The position numbers were made by a program, and so were the translations under genes. The notes beneath the pieces were generated by a model. That model ran no database searches. It was not told where the DNA came from and saw only the letters and a list, made by a program, of their open reading frames with translations. 64,000 bases of DNA, from positions 44,516,381 to 44,580,380 of the forward strand of contig NC_057728.1 in NCBI RefSeq assembly GCF_004010195.1. Reading direction: 5' to 3'. This DNA comes from Chiloscyllium plagiosum. Lineage: Eukaryota. The stretch's first letter is position 1; the number at the start of each line of letters is the position of its first letter. Shown piece by piece: positions 62,925-64,000 of this stretch.

Positions 62925-63012
62925 TGAGGAAGGGCTTATGCCCGAAACATCGATTCTCCTGTTCCCTGGATGCTGCCTGACCTGCTGTGCTTTTCCAGAA
63001 ACACATTTTCAG
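62925..63012 (+). mobile_element. 88-bp Penelope terminal-repeat insertion
   Basis: 14-bp TSD caatggtcaggtgt (62911-62924, 63013-63026). Confidence 0.8.
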
Positions 63013-63634
63013 CAATGGTCAGGTGTGTCAATTTCATATATCGGCAGGACTGTCATACTATGCCTACTGCCCTTGTGCATAGATATTGCATTGCAGCCAT
63101 CACCCACATGGTCAGAGGGTAGCCCTTGTACCACAACAGACAGCTTTTAGTCTCTCATGGTAGCTGAAACACCATAGACACAGCAAACTCCCTCAACATG
63201 AAGGCATCATGACTACTCTAGGAATATCGAGTAATGAATTCAACAATTTGCTGTCTAAGGCTACATACCATTTGGGTTTTGAGGGCATGAAACCTCTCTT
63301 GGTTATCTAAATGACAGACTTGTCATGCTGCATGTGCAAAGCAACAAACATGCAGTCAATGCCATACTTCCCACTCTATCTGCTGCTGTCTGGCAAAGGA
63401 TAGGGACAGTTAGTCACCACTCTGCCAATAGTGGCCTCCTCTTTAAAACAGTGGATGACAAACAGTGAGACGTTGCAACTAGCTCAAGTTCTAGCTGAGA
63501 TGAAGCTTTACACATAAACGTTTATGGTCATAGTCACCATCAATGCAATAATAATGTAGCTTTCATGTTGCTGCTTGGTTGCAGTTGTGGCTGTAACGGG
63601 CAACACATTTCACCCATAGAGCCATACAGCACAG

Positions 63635-64000
63635 ATAAAGTGTTGGAAAAGGTTATAAGAGATAGGATTTATAATTATCTAGAAAATAAAAATTTGATTA
63701 GGGATAGTCAGCACAGTTTTGTGAAGGGTAGGTCCTGTCTCACAAACCTTATTGAGATCTTTGAGAAGGTGACCAAACAGGTAGATGAGAGTAAACCGGT
63801 TGATGTGGTGTATATGGATTTCAGCAAGGCTTTCAATAACGTTCCCCACAGTAGGCTATTGTACAAAATGCGGAAGAATGGGATTGTGGGAGATATAGCA
63901 GTTTGGATCAGTAATTGGCTTGCTGAAAGAAGACAGAGGGTGGAAGTTGATGGGAAATGTTCATCCTGGAGTCCAGTTACCAGTTGTGTACTGGAAGGGT
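63635..64000 (+). mobile_element. CR1 RT fragment running off the window end
   Basis: Close match to 13725-14080. Confidence 0.9.

Noticed and set aside
1..64000. CRISPR arrays, operons or intact viral ORFs
   Set aside because: Eukaryotic repeat landscape with no repeat-spacer arrays; every EVE has multiple stops and frameshifts, so no domesticated protein is supported

Overview
Repeat-dense eukaryotic DNA, almost certainly from a cartilaginous fish (HE1-type V-SINEs and HER1/CR1 LINE tails). I found no host gene. The expected content is nested CR1, L2/CR1-clade, RTE and Penelope retroelements, tRNA-derived SINEs and a truncated class I endogenous retrovirus (gag-pro-[deleted pol]-env-3'LTR, 17.9-21.4 kb). 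The unexpected content is that much of the AT-rich DNA between the transposons, translated by hand across stops and frameshifts, matches hantavirus (Hantaviridae) proteins. All three segments are represented: five L polymerase blocks covering most of the protein, two nucleocapsid (N) copies and about eight glycoprotein (Gn/Gc) fragments over ~60 kb. All are decayed and interrupted by younger transposons. This looks like an ancient hantavirid endogenous viral element (EVE) cluster. The matches were made by eye against Hantaan-virus motifs recalled from memory. They need tblastn/HMM confirmation, and EVE boundaries are approximate.
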